DNA of 64,000 nt from Pseudomonadota bacterium (GTDB taxonomy: Bacteria; Pseudomonadota; Gammaproteobacteria; Steroidobacterales; Steroidobacteraceae): NCBI GenBank assembly GCA_021798335.1, contig JAJZMI010000050.1:1273-65272 (forward strand), written 5' to 3'. A program made the position numbers and the translations under genes. Of the stretch, positions 51,910 to 62,370 are shown piece by piece. The notes beneath the pieces were generated by a model that was not told the origin of the DNA, did no database searches, and saw nothing but the letters and a program-made list of their open reading frames with translations. The first letter of the stretch is position 1. Each line of letters starts with the position of its first letter.

Positions 51910-52751
51910 GAGGCTTCGTCCGTGCCATCGGCCGCTGCCGCCGGCAGCGGATCCGGCTCAGGCATCCCGGCCGGGTCGAGGCGGACTTCATCGCGGCGAA
52001 TCATTTCCCCGGCGAGCGCGAGGTACGCGAGCGCCCCCCGGGAATCCTTGTCGTGAAGGAGGACGGGCCGGCCGAAGGAGGGCGCCTCGGCCAGACGGAT
52101 ATTGCGGGGTATCACCGTACGAAACACCTTCTCACCGAAGTGCATCAGCAGCTGGGCGCTGACCTCGTTGGCCAGATTGTTGCGCGGATCGAACATGGTG
52201 CGCAGGATGCCCTCGATCTCGAGCGATGGATTTGCCGTGCCGCGCAGCTGCTCAATGGTCCCGAGCAGGGCCGAGAGTCCCTCCAGGGCGTAGTACTCGC
52301 ATTGCATGGGAATGAGCACGCTGTCGGCCGCGACCAGAGCATTGACCGTGAGCATGTTGAGCGCCGGCGGACAATCGACGAGGATCACATCATATGCGTC
52401 ACGCACCGGCGCCAGAGCCCGCCGCAGGCGGCTCTCGCGACCCGCGGGCAGCGCGAGCAAGCGCACTTCCGCGGCGGTAAGGTCCTGATTGGCGGGCAAG
52501 AGCGCATAGCCGCCCTGCTCGACCACATGCAGCGAGGCGCCGAGCTCGGCTTCCCCGAGCAGGACCTCGCAGGTGCTGCGCTCGAGCTGCGATTTGTCGA
52601 CCCCGCTGCCCATGGTGGCATTGCCCTGGGGATCGACGTCCAGCAATAGCACCCGCCGCCGGGTGGCGGCCAGCGAGGCGGCCAGGTTCACCGCCGTGGT
52701 GGTCTTGCCGACACCGCCTTTCTGATTGGCGATCGCGATGACGCGCTTCAT
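51906..52751 (-). CDS. parA: Chromosome partitioning ATPase ParA/Soj
   Basis: ATG at 52751 ([28 protein letters not shown]) with a deviant Walker A. It has an acidic, Pro-rich C-terminal tail. Confidence 0.93.
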   Translation of the reverse strand: MKRVIAIANQKGGVGKTTTAVNLAASLAATRRRVLLLDVDPQGNATMGSGVDKSQLERSTCEVLLGEAELGASLHVVEQGGYALLPANQDLTAAEVRLLALPAGRESRLRRALAPVRDAYDVILVDCPPALNMLTVNALVAADSVLIPMQCEYYALEGLSALLGTIEQLRGTANPSLEIEGILRTMFDPRNNLANEVSAQLLMHFGEKVFRTVIPRNIRLAEAPSFGRPVLLHDKDSRGALAYLALAGEMIRRDEVRLDPAGMPEPDPLPAAAADGTDEAS

Positions 52752-52806
52752 GGGGACGACAGTGTACTTCACCGCCGTCCCGGGACCCTCGGGGTACGGC
52801 GGATAT

Positions 52807-53859
52807 TCAGCCGCGAGGCCCGGCCCGCAACCGCTCGCGCGCCATCCGATCGGCCACGACGCTGCTCGGCAGTCCCTCGCGGCTCGCACGCTCGAAAATC
52901 ACGGTGAGCCGCCCGGGAATCTTCTCGATGTCGGCGCGGACTTCGGCCTCGGAGGCACCGCCCCGGTACTCGTGTGCCACACTGATGATGCCGCCGGCAT
53001 TGATGACATAGTCCGGGGCATACAGGATGCCGGCCTTCATCAGCGCGTACCCGTCGGCCTCGCGCGCCAGCTGATTATTTGCCGCACCCGCCACGACCCG
53101 CACCCGCAGCCGCGGGATGGACTCTTCATTGAGCACGGCGCCGAGCGCGCACGGTGCCAGGACGTCCGCCGCCTCGGCCGCGATGGCGCCAGGCGCCACT
53201 ACGACGGCACCCAGCTCGTCTCGTACCTGCTCGGCCAGCGCCGCACGGGCATCGGCCACTTTCAGACGAGCGCCCGCCGCGGCGAGCAGCCGGCACAAGG
53301 GGTGTCCGACACCACCCAGGCCCTGGACCGCGACGGTCAGCCCATCAAGCTCACACCCGAGCTGGAAGCGAACGGCGGCCTGAATGCCGAGGAAGACGCC
53401 CAGGGCGGTCTTCGGTCCGGGGTCGCCGCCCGCTTCACCGGCCGCGCGCTTCAGGCCGCTCACGAACGACGTCTGGCGAGCAACCTGCTCCATATCGCCC
53501 GTGGTCGTGCCCACGTCCTCGGCCGTGATGTATCGGCCGCCGAGTGAATCGACCAGCCGCCCAAACGCGGCAAACAGCTCCGGCGACTTGTCCCGGCGCG
53601 AATCGCCGAGAATCACGGCCTTGCCCCCGCCCAAGCCGAGCTCGGCCATCGCATTCTTGTAGCTCATGCCGCGCGAGAGGCGCAGCGCGTCCGTGAGCGC
53701 CTCGTCGGCCGATCCATAGGTCCACATCCGGCAACCGCCCGCCGCCGGTCCGAGCACCGTGGAATGAATTGCAACCACCGCGCGCAATCCGGTCGCGGCA
53801 TCATGGCCGAACACCACCTGCTCGTGGCCGTCGAAGTCCGGCAGGGTGAATAGATCCAT
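52807..53859 (-). CDS. Leucine/phenylalanine/valine dehydrogenase family (Glu/Leu/Phe/Val DH)
   Basis: ATG at 53859 ([17 protein letters not shown]...). It has [10 protein letters not shown], the catalytic region [18 protein letters not shown], and a Rossmann GLGGVG. Confidence 0.85.
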   Translation of the reverse strand: MDLFTLPDFDGHEQVVFGHDAATGLRAVVAIHSTVLGPAAGGCRMWTYGSADEALTDALRLSRGMSYKNAMAELGLGGGKAVILGDSRRDKSPELFAAFGRLVDSLGGRYITAEDVGTTTGDMEQVARQTSFVSGLKRAAGEAGGDPGPKTALGVFLGIQAAVRFQLGCELDGLTVAVQGLGGVGHPLCRLLAAAGARLKVADARAALAEQVRDELGAVVVAPGAIAAEAADVLAPCALGAVLNEESIPRLRVRVVAGAANNQLAREADGYALMKAGILYAPDYVINAGGIISVAHEYRGGASEAEVRADIEKIPGRLTVIFERASREGLPSSVVADRMARERLRAGPRG

Positions 53860-54003
53860 GATTTCGGCTCCAAGATGACCAGGCGCGCGCCAGAGCGCCG
53901 CCACCATACGCCCGGGCGATGCACGGTGCGTCACAAAGCTTGCTCAGAGATCGACTCAGGTGAATGATTCATTGCATGATTACCTCGAGCGACGAGATGA
54001 TTT

Positions 54004-54486
54004 ATGCAAGCTGACCTGGACCGTGGCGATGTCCGCATCCTCGACCTCGTCCAGGAGCACGGGAATCTATCGGCGGCCGAAGTCGCCGAACGTCTGGGGA
54101 TGACGCCCTCGACATGCTGGCGCCGCATGAGCCGCCTGGAACAGACCGGTGTGATCCGCAAGCGTGTCGCGCTGCTCGATCGCGAGAAGGTCGGCCTGAA
54201 CGTGCTGGTCTTCTCGCAGGTCAAGCTTGCCGGTCACGGGCGCGACGCATTGCTGAAGTTCGAGCAAGCGGTGCGCCGGCATCCGGAGATCCTCGAGTGC
54301 TACACCCTGATGGGCGAAACCGATTTCCTGCTGCGCATCGCCTGCCGCGACATCAAGGCGTACGAGGCCTTCTTTCTCGATCACCTCTCGCGCTTTCCGG
54401 GCGTGCAGTCGGTGCACTCGCTCATCGCGCTGTCGGTCATCAAGGAAACGACCCTGCTACCGCTCGGCGCCGCCGCCAATCGCTAG
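54004..54486 (+). CDS. Lrp/AsnC family transcriptional regulator
   Basis: 160 aa with an HTH (ILDLVQEHGNLSAAEVAERLGMTPSTCWRRMSRLEQTGVI) and an AsnC-type ligand domain. Confidence 0.9.
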   Translation: MQADLDRGDVRILDLVQEHGNLSAAEVAERLGMTPSTCWRRMSRLEQTGVIRKRVALLDREKVGLNVLVFSQVKLAGHGRDALLKFEQAVRRHPEILECYTLMGETDFLLRIACRDIKAYEAFFLDHLSRFPGVQSVHSLIALSVIKETTLLPLGAAANR

Positions 54487-55145
54487 CGCTGGGCGCTGAG
54501 CACGATCAGGCAGCGGTCCTCGGCGAGACCTGGCACGCTCAGCGGCAGGGATTCGACCCGCCACAGCGGCGGCAGGGCATCGATTTCCGCCTTCGGCCAC
54601 TTGCCTTTCAAAGCCAGGATATGGGTTCGCGGGCCGCACAGCGGTGCGACGGCTGTCACCAGCGACGGCAGCGCGGCGAACGCACGCGCCAGAACGGTAT
54701 CGAACGGGGCCTCCGGCCGCACGGTCTCGACGCGTCCCTGCAGCGTGTCGACGTTCATCAGCCCCAGCAGGTGCGCCGCATGGGAGACGAAGCGGATCTT
54801 CTTCCCGCTCGAATCGATCAGCGTGAAGCGCCGGTCCGGATTGGCCAGCGCGAGCGGCAGGCCCGGGAAGCCCGCGCCGGTGCCGACGTCCGCGATGCGC
54901 ACACCCTGTAGATGGCGATGCACGGCGAGGCTGTCGAGCAGGTGGTGCGTTACCATGTCGGCCCGGTCCGTGATGGCCGTCAGGTTGAAGCGGCGATTCC
55001 AGCGCGCCAACTCCTCGAGCAGGCGCAGCAGCCGCGCGGCGTCGTGCTCCGTCAGGGCCACGCCCAATGCGGCGGCGGCGTGGATCAGCGCGGCCGGGTT
55101 GCCGGGGGCGTCGGCCGCAGCGTGCGTCGGATGCGAGGAACTCAT
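54483..55145 (-). CDS. rsmG: 16S rRNA (guanine527-N7)-methyltransferase
   Basis: ATG at 55145. It has WNRRFNLTAI...HLLDSL and the SAM motif IADVGTGAGFPGLPLA. Confidence 0.9.
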   Translation of the reverse strand: MSSSHPTHAAADAPGNPAALIHAAAALGVALTEHDAARLLRLLEELARWNRRFNLTAITDRADMVTHHLLDSLAVHRHLQGVRIADVGTGAGFPGLPLALANPDRRFTLIDSSGKKIRFVSHAAHLLGLMNVDTLQGRVETVRPEAPFDTVLARAFAALPSLVTAVAPLCGPRTHILALKGKWPKAEIDALPPLWRVESLPLSVPGLAEDRCLIVLSAQR

Positions 55146-55225
55146 GGATCGAATGGTCTCGGACCGCGCTGATTGTGGCAGAGCCGCCCGCCGCGGGGTG
55201 AAAAATTCGCCATGAGGACGCTGAG

Positions 55226-55885
55226 GTGAGGCTGCTGCTGGTGGAAGACGACGCCATGATCGGCGAGGCAATCCGCGCCGGACTGCGGCGCGACGGCTTT
55301 GCGGTCGATTGGGTGCACGACGGGGAAACCGCCGAGCAGGTGCTCGCAGGCGAATCCTTCGACCTGCTGCTGCTGGACCTGGGCCTGCCGCGCAAGAGCG
55401 GCCTTGCGCTCTTGCGCGGCCTGCGCGAGCGCGGCAACGGCATGCCGGTGATCATCCTCACGGCGCGGGATGCGGTCAGCGATCGGGTGCAGGGGCTGGA
55501 TGCCGGTGCCGACGACTATCTGGTCAAGCCCTTCGATCTGGACGAGTTGGCCGCGCGCATCCGTGCGCTGCTGCGCCGCAAATCCGGACATGCGGCGCCC
55601 GCGATCGAGCATCTGGGCGTGATCCTCAATCCCGCCACGCACAGCGTGCGGCGCGGCGGCGAGGAGATCGCCCTCTCACCGAAGGAGTTCGCGCTGCTGC
55701 ATCTGCTGATGGAGCGTCCCGGCACCCTCCACTCGCGTACCCGGATCGAGGAGCGGCTCTATGGCTGGGGCGAGGAAATCGACAGCAACGCCGTGGAGGT
55801 GCACGTGCACGGGCTGCGCCGCAAGCTCGGCGCCGATTTCATTCGCACGGTGCGCGGCGTCGGCTACCGGGTGCGGCCGGCATGA
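55226..55885 (+). CDS. OmpR-family response regulator
   Basis: 219 aa with a receiver (MRLLLVEDD...DLLLLDLGLP) and a winged-helix output domain. Confidence 0.92.
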   Translation: MRLLLVEDDAMIGEAIRAGLRRDGFAVDWVHDGETAEQVLAGESFDLLLLDLGLPRKSGLALLRGLRERGNGMPVIILTARDAVSDRVQGLDAGADDYLVKPFDLDELAARIRALLRRKSGHAAPAIEHLGVILNPATHSVRRGGEEIALSPKEFALLHLLMERPGTLHSRTRIEERLYGWGEEIDSNAVEVHVHGLRRKLGADFIRTVRGVGYRVRPA

Positions 55886-57216
55886 CGATCCGCTCGCTGC
55901 GGGCACGCCTGCTCGCGTGGCTCCTCGGCGGCATCGCCGTGGTCGGCCTGTGCGGCGGCGTGGTCGTGTACCGCAATGCGCTGAAGCAGGCCGATGGCTT
56001 TTTCGACTATCACCTGAAGCAGACGGCCGTGGTGCTGCGCGATCTGCCGGTCGAGTACCTCTGGCCAATGCCGTCGTCGATTCCCTCGCGCGCCCGGGCC
56101 TACGGCTTCGTGATCCGGGTCTGGACGATCTACGGCCAACTGATCTATCGAACGCCGGTACAGACCGCGCTGCCCAACCTGACCGCGTTGGGCTTCTCGA
56201 CGGTCAAGACGCCGCAGGGCAGCTGGCGTGTCTACGGCGTTGCCTCCTCGACGCGGGTGATCCAGGTGGCGCAGCCGATGCGCGTACGTCAGCAACAGGC
56301 GATCGAGCTGGCGATGAAAGCTCTGGTGCCGTTCGCGCTGGCCGTACCGATCCTCGGCCTGCTGGTGTGGTTCGCCGTCGGCCACACGCTCGAGCCGCTG
56401 CAACGGCTCGCCGCATCGGTCAAAGCCCGCCGCCTGGACGCGCTGGAGGCCCTGCCGCTTGCGGGCCTGCCCGATGAGGTCCAGCCCTTGGTCGGGGCGC
56501 TGAACGATCTGCTCGGGCGCTTGACCGGCGCGCTCGAGCGTGAGCGGGCATTCATCGCCGACGCGGCCCACGAGCTGCGCACACCGCTCACCGCGCTGCA
56601 TCTGCAGCTGGGCGCCCTGGAACGCGCCGGGACCGACGAGGAACGGGCCGAGGCAACGCAAAGGCTCTCCGCCGGCGTGCAACGCTCGATCCGGCTGGTC
56701 GAGCAACTGCTCTCGCTCGAGCGGCAGGCGCCGCGCACGGAGGCGGCGCGCGGCCGCATTGCGCTCGATGAGCTCGCGCGCGAGGTTGTGGCGGAGCTGG
56801 TTCCGCTCGCCGACGCGCGCGGGATCGACCTCGGCATGGCGGAGGCGCAGCGGGCGCTCATACAAGGGGAATCCGACTCGATCGCGACGCTGGTGCGCAA
56901 TCTAGTCGACAATGCCGTGCGTTACACGCCCGGAGGTGGCCGGGTCGATGTGTCGGTGATCGCCCCCGGCGCGGCCGGCCAGCCGGTGAAATTGAGGGTC
57001 GCCGACAATGGGCCGGGCATCGCGCCCGAGGAGCGGGCCCGGGTGTTCGACCGTTTCTACCGCCATCCCGGCACTCAGGTGCCCGGCAGCGGCCTGGGAC
57101 TCGCCATCGTGAAGGCCATCGCGGACGCCCATGGCGCCGACATCGAGCTCGGCGCAGGGGAAGGCGGCCGCGGCCTGGCGGTAACCGTCTCGTTTCCGGC
57201 GATCTCACCGAGCTGA
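55882..57216 (+). CDS. Sensor histidine kinase, partner of the OmpR-family regulator
   Basis: ATG at 55882 overlaps the regulator stop (ATGA). It has two TM segments, a HAMP domain, the H-box AAHELRTPLTAL and a HATPase domain (DNGPGI, GSGLGLAIV). Confidence 0.9.
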   Translation: MTIRSLRARLLAWLLGGIAVVGLCGGVVVYRNALKQADGFFDYHLKQTAVVLRDLPVEYLWPMPSSIPSRARAYGFVIRVWTIYGQLIYRTPVQTALPNLTALGFSTVKTPQGSWRVYGVASSTRVIQVAQPMRVRQQQAIELAMKALVPFALAVPILGLLVWFAVGHTLEPLQRLAASVKARRLDALEALPLAGLPDEVQPLVGALNDLLGRLTGALERERAFIADAAHELRTPLTALHLQLGALERAGTDEERAEATQRLSAGVQRSIRLVEQLLSLERQAPRTEAARGRIALDELAREVVAELVPLADARGIDLGMAEAQRALIQGESDSIATLVRNLVDNAVRYTPGGGRVDVSVIAPGAAGQPVKLRVADNGPGIAPEERARVFDRFYRHPGTQVPGSGLGLAIVKAIADAHGADIELGAGEGGRGLAVTVSFPAISPS

Positions 57217-57245
57217 CGTGCGTACGCGGCGGCTCGGACCGCGCC

Positions 57246-59198
57246 TCATTTCGCGCGCTTGGACTTCAGCGCCAGCAGGAACTGCGCGATGGCGGCGCGA
57301 TAGGCCCGCCGGTCGGTCCTCGGCGTGAAATCGCTGCTGGCGTTGGTCGCGGTCAGCAACTCGACTCGATCGCCGTAGAAGCGCAACAGGTAGGCCAGCT
57401 GCCGGGCATCGGCCGCGCGCGCGCCACCGCGTGCGAGCCCCTGCACGATCAGTACCGGCTGCAGGATGCGCCGCACGTTGCCGATCGGAGAGATCCGACG
57501 CAGATACTCGGCGGTCTCGGGGTCCTGCGGATTGCCAAACCGCGCCGCGCGGAACTGACGCTGGAATTTGGGACCGTGCGCGGCGTAATCGGCGAGGTTG
57601 GCAATGCCATCGATGTCGATCGCCCCGAGCAGATGCCGATCGAACAGCGCCAGCGCGTTCACCGCCAGCCAACCGCCATATCCGCGACCCATCACCACGA
57701 TCCGGCGCGCATCGAACCCCGGCTGCAAGCCAATCCAGACCATCAGCGTACCGATGTCGCGGAGCGCATCCGGGCGCTGCGTTCCGGCGGCCAGGGCGCG
57801 GAAGTCCCGCCCGTAGCCCGCAGAGCCGCGCACGTTCGGCGCGATCACCGCATAGCCGAGATCGTTGGTCACGAACTGCAGAAACGGCCGCCAGCGGGGC
57901 CGGAACTGGCCGGCGGCGCCGGCGTGCAGCACGATCAGCACCGGTGCGGGCCCCGGGCCGGGTGGCAGATAGACGTACGCGGACAGCATCCGCCAATGGC
58001 CATCGACCCGGTCCCAGGTCGGGTAGTGGATGAGCCGGCCCGTGGCCGGCGCGGCGGTGGCAAGTGTGCCCGCAGTCCCGCGCGTCCAGCGCCGAACCAG
58101 GCCGTTCCGCAGGTCATATACGTACGCTTCCGGCGGCTGCCAGCCGGACTGGAAGGTCAAACCCAGTCGGTGTCCGGAATCGAATTGCAGGTTGCCGATG
58201 ACCCCGTCGTGCAGCCACGGCACCGCGACATCGAGCCGCAGCTGCCGATTGAGGATGTGCAGGGCGCTGTGCCCGTCGTCATCGAGCGCGTAGGCGATGT
58301 AGTGGCCGTTGGGGCTGGCCGCGAACTGCTCGACGCTCCAGGGGGCTCGGGCCGAGAGCGCCCGCACGCGGCCCGACGCCTCGTCCAGCTGCAACAGCCG
58401 CTCGTACTGCCCGCCCTGGTCCGAAATGTAGTCAATCGCGGCTCCGCCGGGGGCGAAGCGGGCGCCGCGGACACGGGCCGCCGGGATGGGCAACCGGCGC
58501 AGCGCGCCGTCGGCAATACGCCCGAGATAGAGCGACTCGTCATCGGGTCCCGTATCGTCCTGCAAGAGCACGTGCCGCCCAGTGCGCGACCAGTCGAGCA
58601 GCCGCCAACGGCCGGCCAGCCCGCCGACCACCAGCCGGGGAAACCCGGTCCCCGCGGCCGCCGTGACGTAGACCGCCTCCTGGTCGCCATCCGGGGTGGC
58701 CGCGAGAAAGGCAATGCGCCGGCCGTGAGCCGACCAGACAGGCAGACCGATCACCGGCTGGCCGGAGGCCAGCGCATGGGTCGTATGCGGGCCAAGCACA
58801 TACCACACGGTACCCCGCGTCGATCGCTGCGCGTACAGCACTCTGTTGCCCACGCGCGGGGCGAGCGCCCACGGGACCCGGCCGCCCGGCGCGGCCAGTG
58901 TGATCGGCTTGCGCCCTGGGGAGGTGAGCTGCCGCAGCAAATGCCGGCCGCGCTCGTGCACGTCGATCAGCATTCCGCCGCCCGGCAGCCAGCCGAGGAA
59001 GCGCGAGCCACGCCAGCGCTCGGCACGGGCCAGACGGCGCATGATTTGCGGCTCGGGGGACGGCATATCGCTGAAATGCAGCGCGCCGCCGTGGCGATCC
59101 AGGACGCGCGCGGGGCGCGCCCCCGCGCACGGCACGAGACAAACAGCGAGTAATGCCGTGGCGGCGAGCGCCCGGCCAGCCATCGTCGGGAAAGACAT
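57246..59198 (-). CDS. S9 (prolyl oligopeptidase) family homologue with substitutions at all three expected catalytic positions
   Basis: 650 aa with a signal peptide, a beta-propeller part and a C-terminal hydrolase fold. The nucleophile elbow reads GRGYGG (Ser to Gly). The expected HG..D block reads QGLARGGA. The expected His block reads NASSDF. Confidence 0.7.
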   Translation of the reverse strand: MSFPTMAGRALAATALLAVCLVPCAGARPARVLDRHGGALHFSDMPSPEPQIMRRLARAERWRGSRFLGWLPGGGMLIDVHERGRHLLRQLTSPGRKPITLAAPGGRVPWALAPRVGNRVLYAQRSTRGTVWYVLGPHTTHALASGQPVIGLPVWSAHGRRIAFLAATPDGDQEAVYVTAAAGTGFPRLVVGGLAGRWRLLDWSRTGRHVLLQDDTGPDDESLYLGRIADGALRRLPIPAARVRGARFAPGGAAIDYISDQGGQYERLLQLDEASGRVRALSARAPWSVEQFAASPNGHYIAYALDDDGHSALHILNRQLRLDVAVPWLHDGVIGNLQFDSGHRLGLTFQSGWQPPEAYVYDLRNGLVRRWTRGTAGTLATAAPATGRLIHYPTWDRVDGHWRMLSAYVYLPPGPGPAPVLIVLHAGAAGQFRPRWRPFLQFVTNDLGYAVIAPNVRGSAGYGRDFRALAAGTQRPDALRDIGTLMVWIGLQPGFDARRIVVMGRGYGGWLAVNALALFDRHLLGAIDIDGIANLADYAAHGPKFQRQFRAARFGNPQDPETAEYLRRISPIGNVRRILQPVLIVQGLARGGARAADARQLAYLLRFYGDRVELLTATNASSDFTPRTDRRAYRAAIAQFLLALKSKRAK

Positions 59199-59233
59199 GT
59201 GCCTATGCTAACTCAACCGGCTACCATCGCCGC

Positions 59234-60205
59234 ATGAACGATGAAGCAACGGCGCAGCCGACCCCGAGGCTCTGGCGCCATCCCGACGGCATCACGGCGA
59301 TCGATGCCGAATATCTGTATCCCGGCCACGCCGCCGCGCACCTCGTGCAGCAGGGCTCTCGGGCGGCGTTCGTCGATGTCGGCACCAACGATTCGGTGCC
59401 GTATCTTCTGGCGGGACTGCGCGCGCTCGGTGTGGCGCCCCAGGCGGTCGAGTTCGTCCTGCTCACCCACGTCCACCTGGATCACGCGGGGGGCGCCGGG
59501 CGGCTCATGCGCGCGCTGCCGAATGCGGTGTGCGTCGTGCATCCACGCGGCGCGCAGCACATGATCGACCCGGCCAAGCTCACCGCCGGCGCGCGCGCCG
59601 TGTACGGCGCGGAGCGCTTCGAGCGCCTGTATGGGCATATCGAGCCCATTGCCGCCGAGCGGGTCCGGATCACCCAGGACGGCGAGTGCCTGAACCTGGC
59701 GGGGCGGAGATTCGAGATCCTGCACACCCCCGGCCATGCGCTGCACCATCAAGCCTTCCTCGATCCGGCGCATCGCTGTGCGTTCACGGGCGACACCTTC
59801 GGCATCTCGTACCGTGAGCTCGACAGCGCGGCCGGCGCTTTCATCCTGCCCACCACCACCCCGACGCAGTTCGATCCGGACCAGCTGTGCGCCTCCATCG
59901 ACCGGTTGCTCGAGCGCAAGCCTGAAGCCATGTACTTGATGCATTACAGCCGGGTCGTCGACGTAGCGCGGCTCGGCGCATCGTTGCAACGCCAGATCCG
60001 GGAATTCGAGCGCATCGCGCGCGCGGCGGCCACGTCCCCGGATCGCGCGGGCGCCATCCGGGAGGCCATGTGGAAGGTCTGGCACGAGCTGGCCGTGAGT
60101 CATGGCTGTCCAGTTGGGGTGGCGCGCCTGCGCGAGCTGCTCGGGGGGGATCTCGAACTGAACACCCAGGGACTGGTCCATTGGCTGGACACCCGCGCAA
60201 GATGA
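59234..60205 (+). CDS. MBL-fold metallo-hydrolase
   Basis: ATG at 59234. It carries LLTHVHLDHAGG (the HxHxDH motif). Confidence 0.85.
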   Translation: MNDEATAQPTPRLWRHPDGITAIDAEYLYPGHAAAHLVQQGSRAAFVDVGTNDSVPYLLAGLRALGVAPQAVEFVLLTHVHLDHAGGAGRLMRALPNAVCVVHPRGAQHMIDPAKLTAGARAVYGAERFERLYGHIEPIAAERVRITQDGECLNLAGRRFEILHTPGHALHHQAFLDPAHRCAFTGDTFGISYRELDSAAGAFILPTTTPTQFDPDQLCASIDRLLERKPEAMYLMHYSRVVDVARLGASLQRQIREFERIARAAATSPDRAGAIREAMWKVWHELAVSHGCPVGVARLRELLGGDLELNTQGLVHWLDTRAR

Positions 60206-60330
60206 GCGGATAAGGACCCCGGTGATCCCTGACAGGCACGGCGCGGCCTTAAGGATCACTTAAGATTGCCCGTTTATGCTGTGACGGTCGCGTATGGCGT
60301 TTCCCGACAACCGGTTTTGCAGAGGCTGAT

Positions 60331-61806
60331 ATGACCATGAGGAAAGTGCTTCGTAATCCAGTGATCGCCTTGGCGCTCGGCGTGCTGATCGGGGCCGCCC
60401 CGCTCGCCGCGATGTACAGCGTGCGCGCCGCGAGCGCCCAGAATACCCCGCCAGAGGCGCTTACTTCCTCCATGCCGGACAACGGCGTCGCGGTGGAGCT
60501 GCCGGACTTCTCCACGCTCGTCAAGAAATATTCCCGGGCGGTGGTGAGCATCAAGGTCGTGGAGAAAACGCCGAATTCGGGCGCGCAGCAGGGCGAGGGC
60601 AATCCGTTCGGACCGAACAGCCCGTTCGCGCCGTTCTTCCGCAACCTCCCGTACGAGCACCCGCAACCGGTCGAAGGCCTGGGCTCCGGGTTCATCATCC
60701 GCCCCGACGGCCTCATTCTCACCAATGCCCACGTGGTTGCCGGCGCGAGCAAGATCACCGTGGAGCTGCACAATCGGCGCGAATATCCGGGCAAGGTCGT
60801 CGGCATGGACAAGATCACGGACATCGCGGTCGTCAAGATCCCGGTCAACAACCTGCCGACGGTCAAGCTGGGCAACTCCAACGACCTGCAGGTCGGCCAG
60901 TGGGTGCTGGCGATCGGCATGCCGTTCGGATTCGATTACACCGCCACCGCCGGCATCGTCAGCGCCAAGGGTCGCGTCCTGCCGAACTCCAACAAGTTCG
61001 ACTACGTGCCGTTCATCCAGACCGACGTACCGATCAATCCCGGCAACTCGGGCGGTCCGTTGTTCAACATGCAGGGTCAGGTGGTCGGCATCAACTCGGA
61101 GATCTACAGCCGCTCGGGCGGATACATGGGCCTGTCGTTCTCGATCCCGATCAACCTGGCAATGCACGTTGCCGATCAGCTGATCGCCACCGGACACGTC
61201 AGCCGCGGCGAACTCGGCATCCTCATCCAACCGGTCAATCAGGTGACCGCCAATGCCTTCGGATTGCCGCGGCCCGAAGGCGCGCTCGTAACGCACGTCA
61301 ATCCCGGCAGCCCGGCGCAGGCGGCCGGCCTGAAGAGCGGCGACGTGATCCTCGCGCTGGACGGGCACAAGATCCGGCGCATGACCGACCTGCCGGTGCG
61401 CGTGGCCAGCCTGACGCCCGGCACCGTGGTGCACCTGACTGTCTGGCGCAATCACGCCGAGCATCAGATCACCGCCAAGCTCGGCGCGATGGGCGCAAAC
61501 GGCGCGCTGACGGCAAAGAATTCCTCGGGTCAGCCCGGCGGACGCCTGGGCCTGGTGGTTCGGCCGCTGACGCGCAATGAGCAGCAGCAGAACGACGTGC
61601 GCGGCGGCCTGGAGGTCGAAGGGGTCAGCGGCCCGGCGCTCGACGCCGGCATCCAGCCCGGCGACATCGTCCTGTCCGCCAACGGTCAGCGCGTCTCGAC
61701 ACCGCAGCAGCTGAACATGATCGTGAACCATGCCAAGGACGGCGACGTCGCGTTGCTGGTCAAGAACGGCAACGTCACGACGTTCGTTCCGGTTCAAGCG
61801 CAGTAA
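60331..61806 (+). CDS. DegP/DegQ (HtrA) family periplasmic serine endoprotease with two PDZ domains
   Basis: 491 aa with a signal peptide and a His-Asp-Ser triad in the contexts TNAHVV, DIAVVK and GNSGGPL. Two PDZ-like C-terminal domains follow. Confidence 0.92.
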   Translation: MTMRKVLRNPVIALALGVLIGAAPLAAMYSVRAASAQNTPPEALTSSMPDNGVAVELPDFSTLVKKYSRAVVSIKVVEKTPNSGAQQGEGNPFGPNSPFAPFFRNLPYEHPQPVEGLGSGFIIRPDGLILTNAHVVAGASKITVELHNRREYPGKVVGMDKITDIAVVKIPVNNLPTVKLGNSNDLQVGQWVLAIGMPFGFDYTATAGIVSAKGRVLPNSNKFDYVPFIQTDVPINPGNSGGPLFNMQGQVVGINSEIYSRSGGYMGLSFSIPINLAMHVADQLIATGHVSRGELGILIQPVNQVTANAFGLPRPEGALVTHVNPGSPAQAAGLKSGDVILALDGHKIRRMTDLPVRVASLTPGTVVHLTVWRNHAEHQITAKLGAMGANGALTAKNSSGQPGGRLGLVVRPLTRNEQQQNDVRGGLEVEGVSGPALDAGIQPGDIVLSANGQRVSTPQQLNMIVNHAKDGDVALLVKNGNVTTFVPVQAQ

Positions 61807-61824
61807 TCACGCCACCGTGGTCTT

Positions 61825-61854
61825 CGGGGCTCGTCGCGACAGCGACGAGCCCCG
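61825..61854. terminator. GC-rich hairpin between convergent genes (terminator-like)
   Basis: CGGGGCTCGTCGC-GACA-GCGACGAGCCCCG gives a 13-bp stem with a 4-nt loop, 19 nt after the degQ-like stop. No clear U-tract is present. Confidence 0.5.
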
Positions 61855-61930
61855 AGGGTTCGTCAGCTGACACGCCCGTCCCTGGGGCCATCGTAGGGGA
61901 GCGGCGGGTTTCCCGGACGATGATCCCCGC

Positions 61931-62329
61931 TCAAGGGGGCGGAACGAAATGCACGCCGGCGATCCTGTGTGCGGCATCGAACGTCACCGCGATCCCGAGT
62001 GCCCGGCGCTTGAAGTCGGTCTTGACGATGACGGTGATAAATCGGCTCTGAACGACGGTCTTGCTGCCGCTGGTGCCCTGAAACGGGCCGACCTTGCGGA
62101 TGAGCCTCCGCCAGATCACACCGAGCTTTGCCGGCGGCGCGGCCTGCTTCATCCGATGCGTGAAGTCCGCCTCCGCGGCCTGCATATCTCCTTTGGCCAC
62201 AGTCCGCACGAACGCTACGGCCTTGGGCACCAGGCTCCCTCCCTGGGTCGCCGCCGGAGCGGCAGTGCAGATCAGGAGCGCAAGGGCGAGACCGGCCACG
62301 ACCGGGATTCTTCTACTGTCGGGTGTCAT
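61931..62329 (-). CDS. Small secreted protein (DUF3887-like, unverified)
   Basis: 132 aa with a signal peptide, a GDMQAAEADFTHRM... block and ...ITVIVKTDFKRRALGIAVTFD. Confidence 0.55.
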   Translation of the reverse strand: MTPDSRRIPVVAGLALALLICTAAPAATQGGSLVPKAVAFVRTVAKGDMQAAEADFTHRMKQAAPPAKLGVIWRRLIRKVGPFQGTSGSKTVVQSRFITVIVKTDFKRRALGIAVTFDAAHRIAGVHFVPPP

Positions 62330-62370
62330 GATGTGACTCTCTGCTGCGAGGTCGTTCGATGAAAATTTTG

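Noticed and set aside
57576-59153. 525-aa ORF on the plus strand
   Set aside because: It is antisense to the S9-family gene and has the same high-GC antisense-frame signature.
60274-61797. 507-aa ORF on the minus strand
   Set aside because: It is antisense to the DegP/DegQ-type protease gene. The composition is biased (R/D/G/H/A) and it has no motif I recognise.
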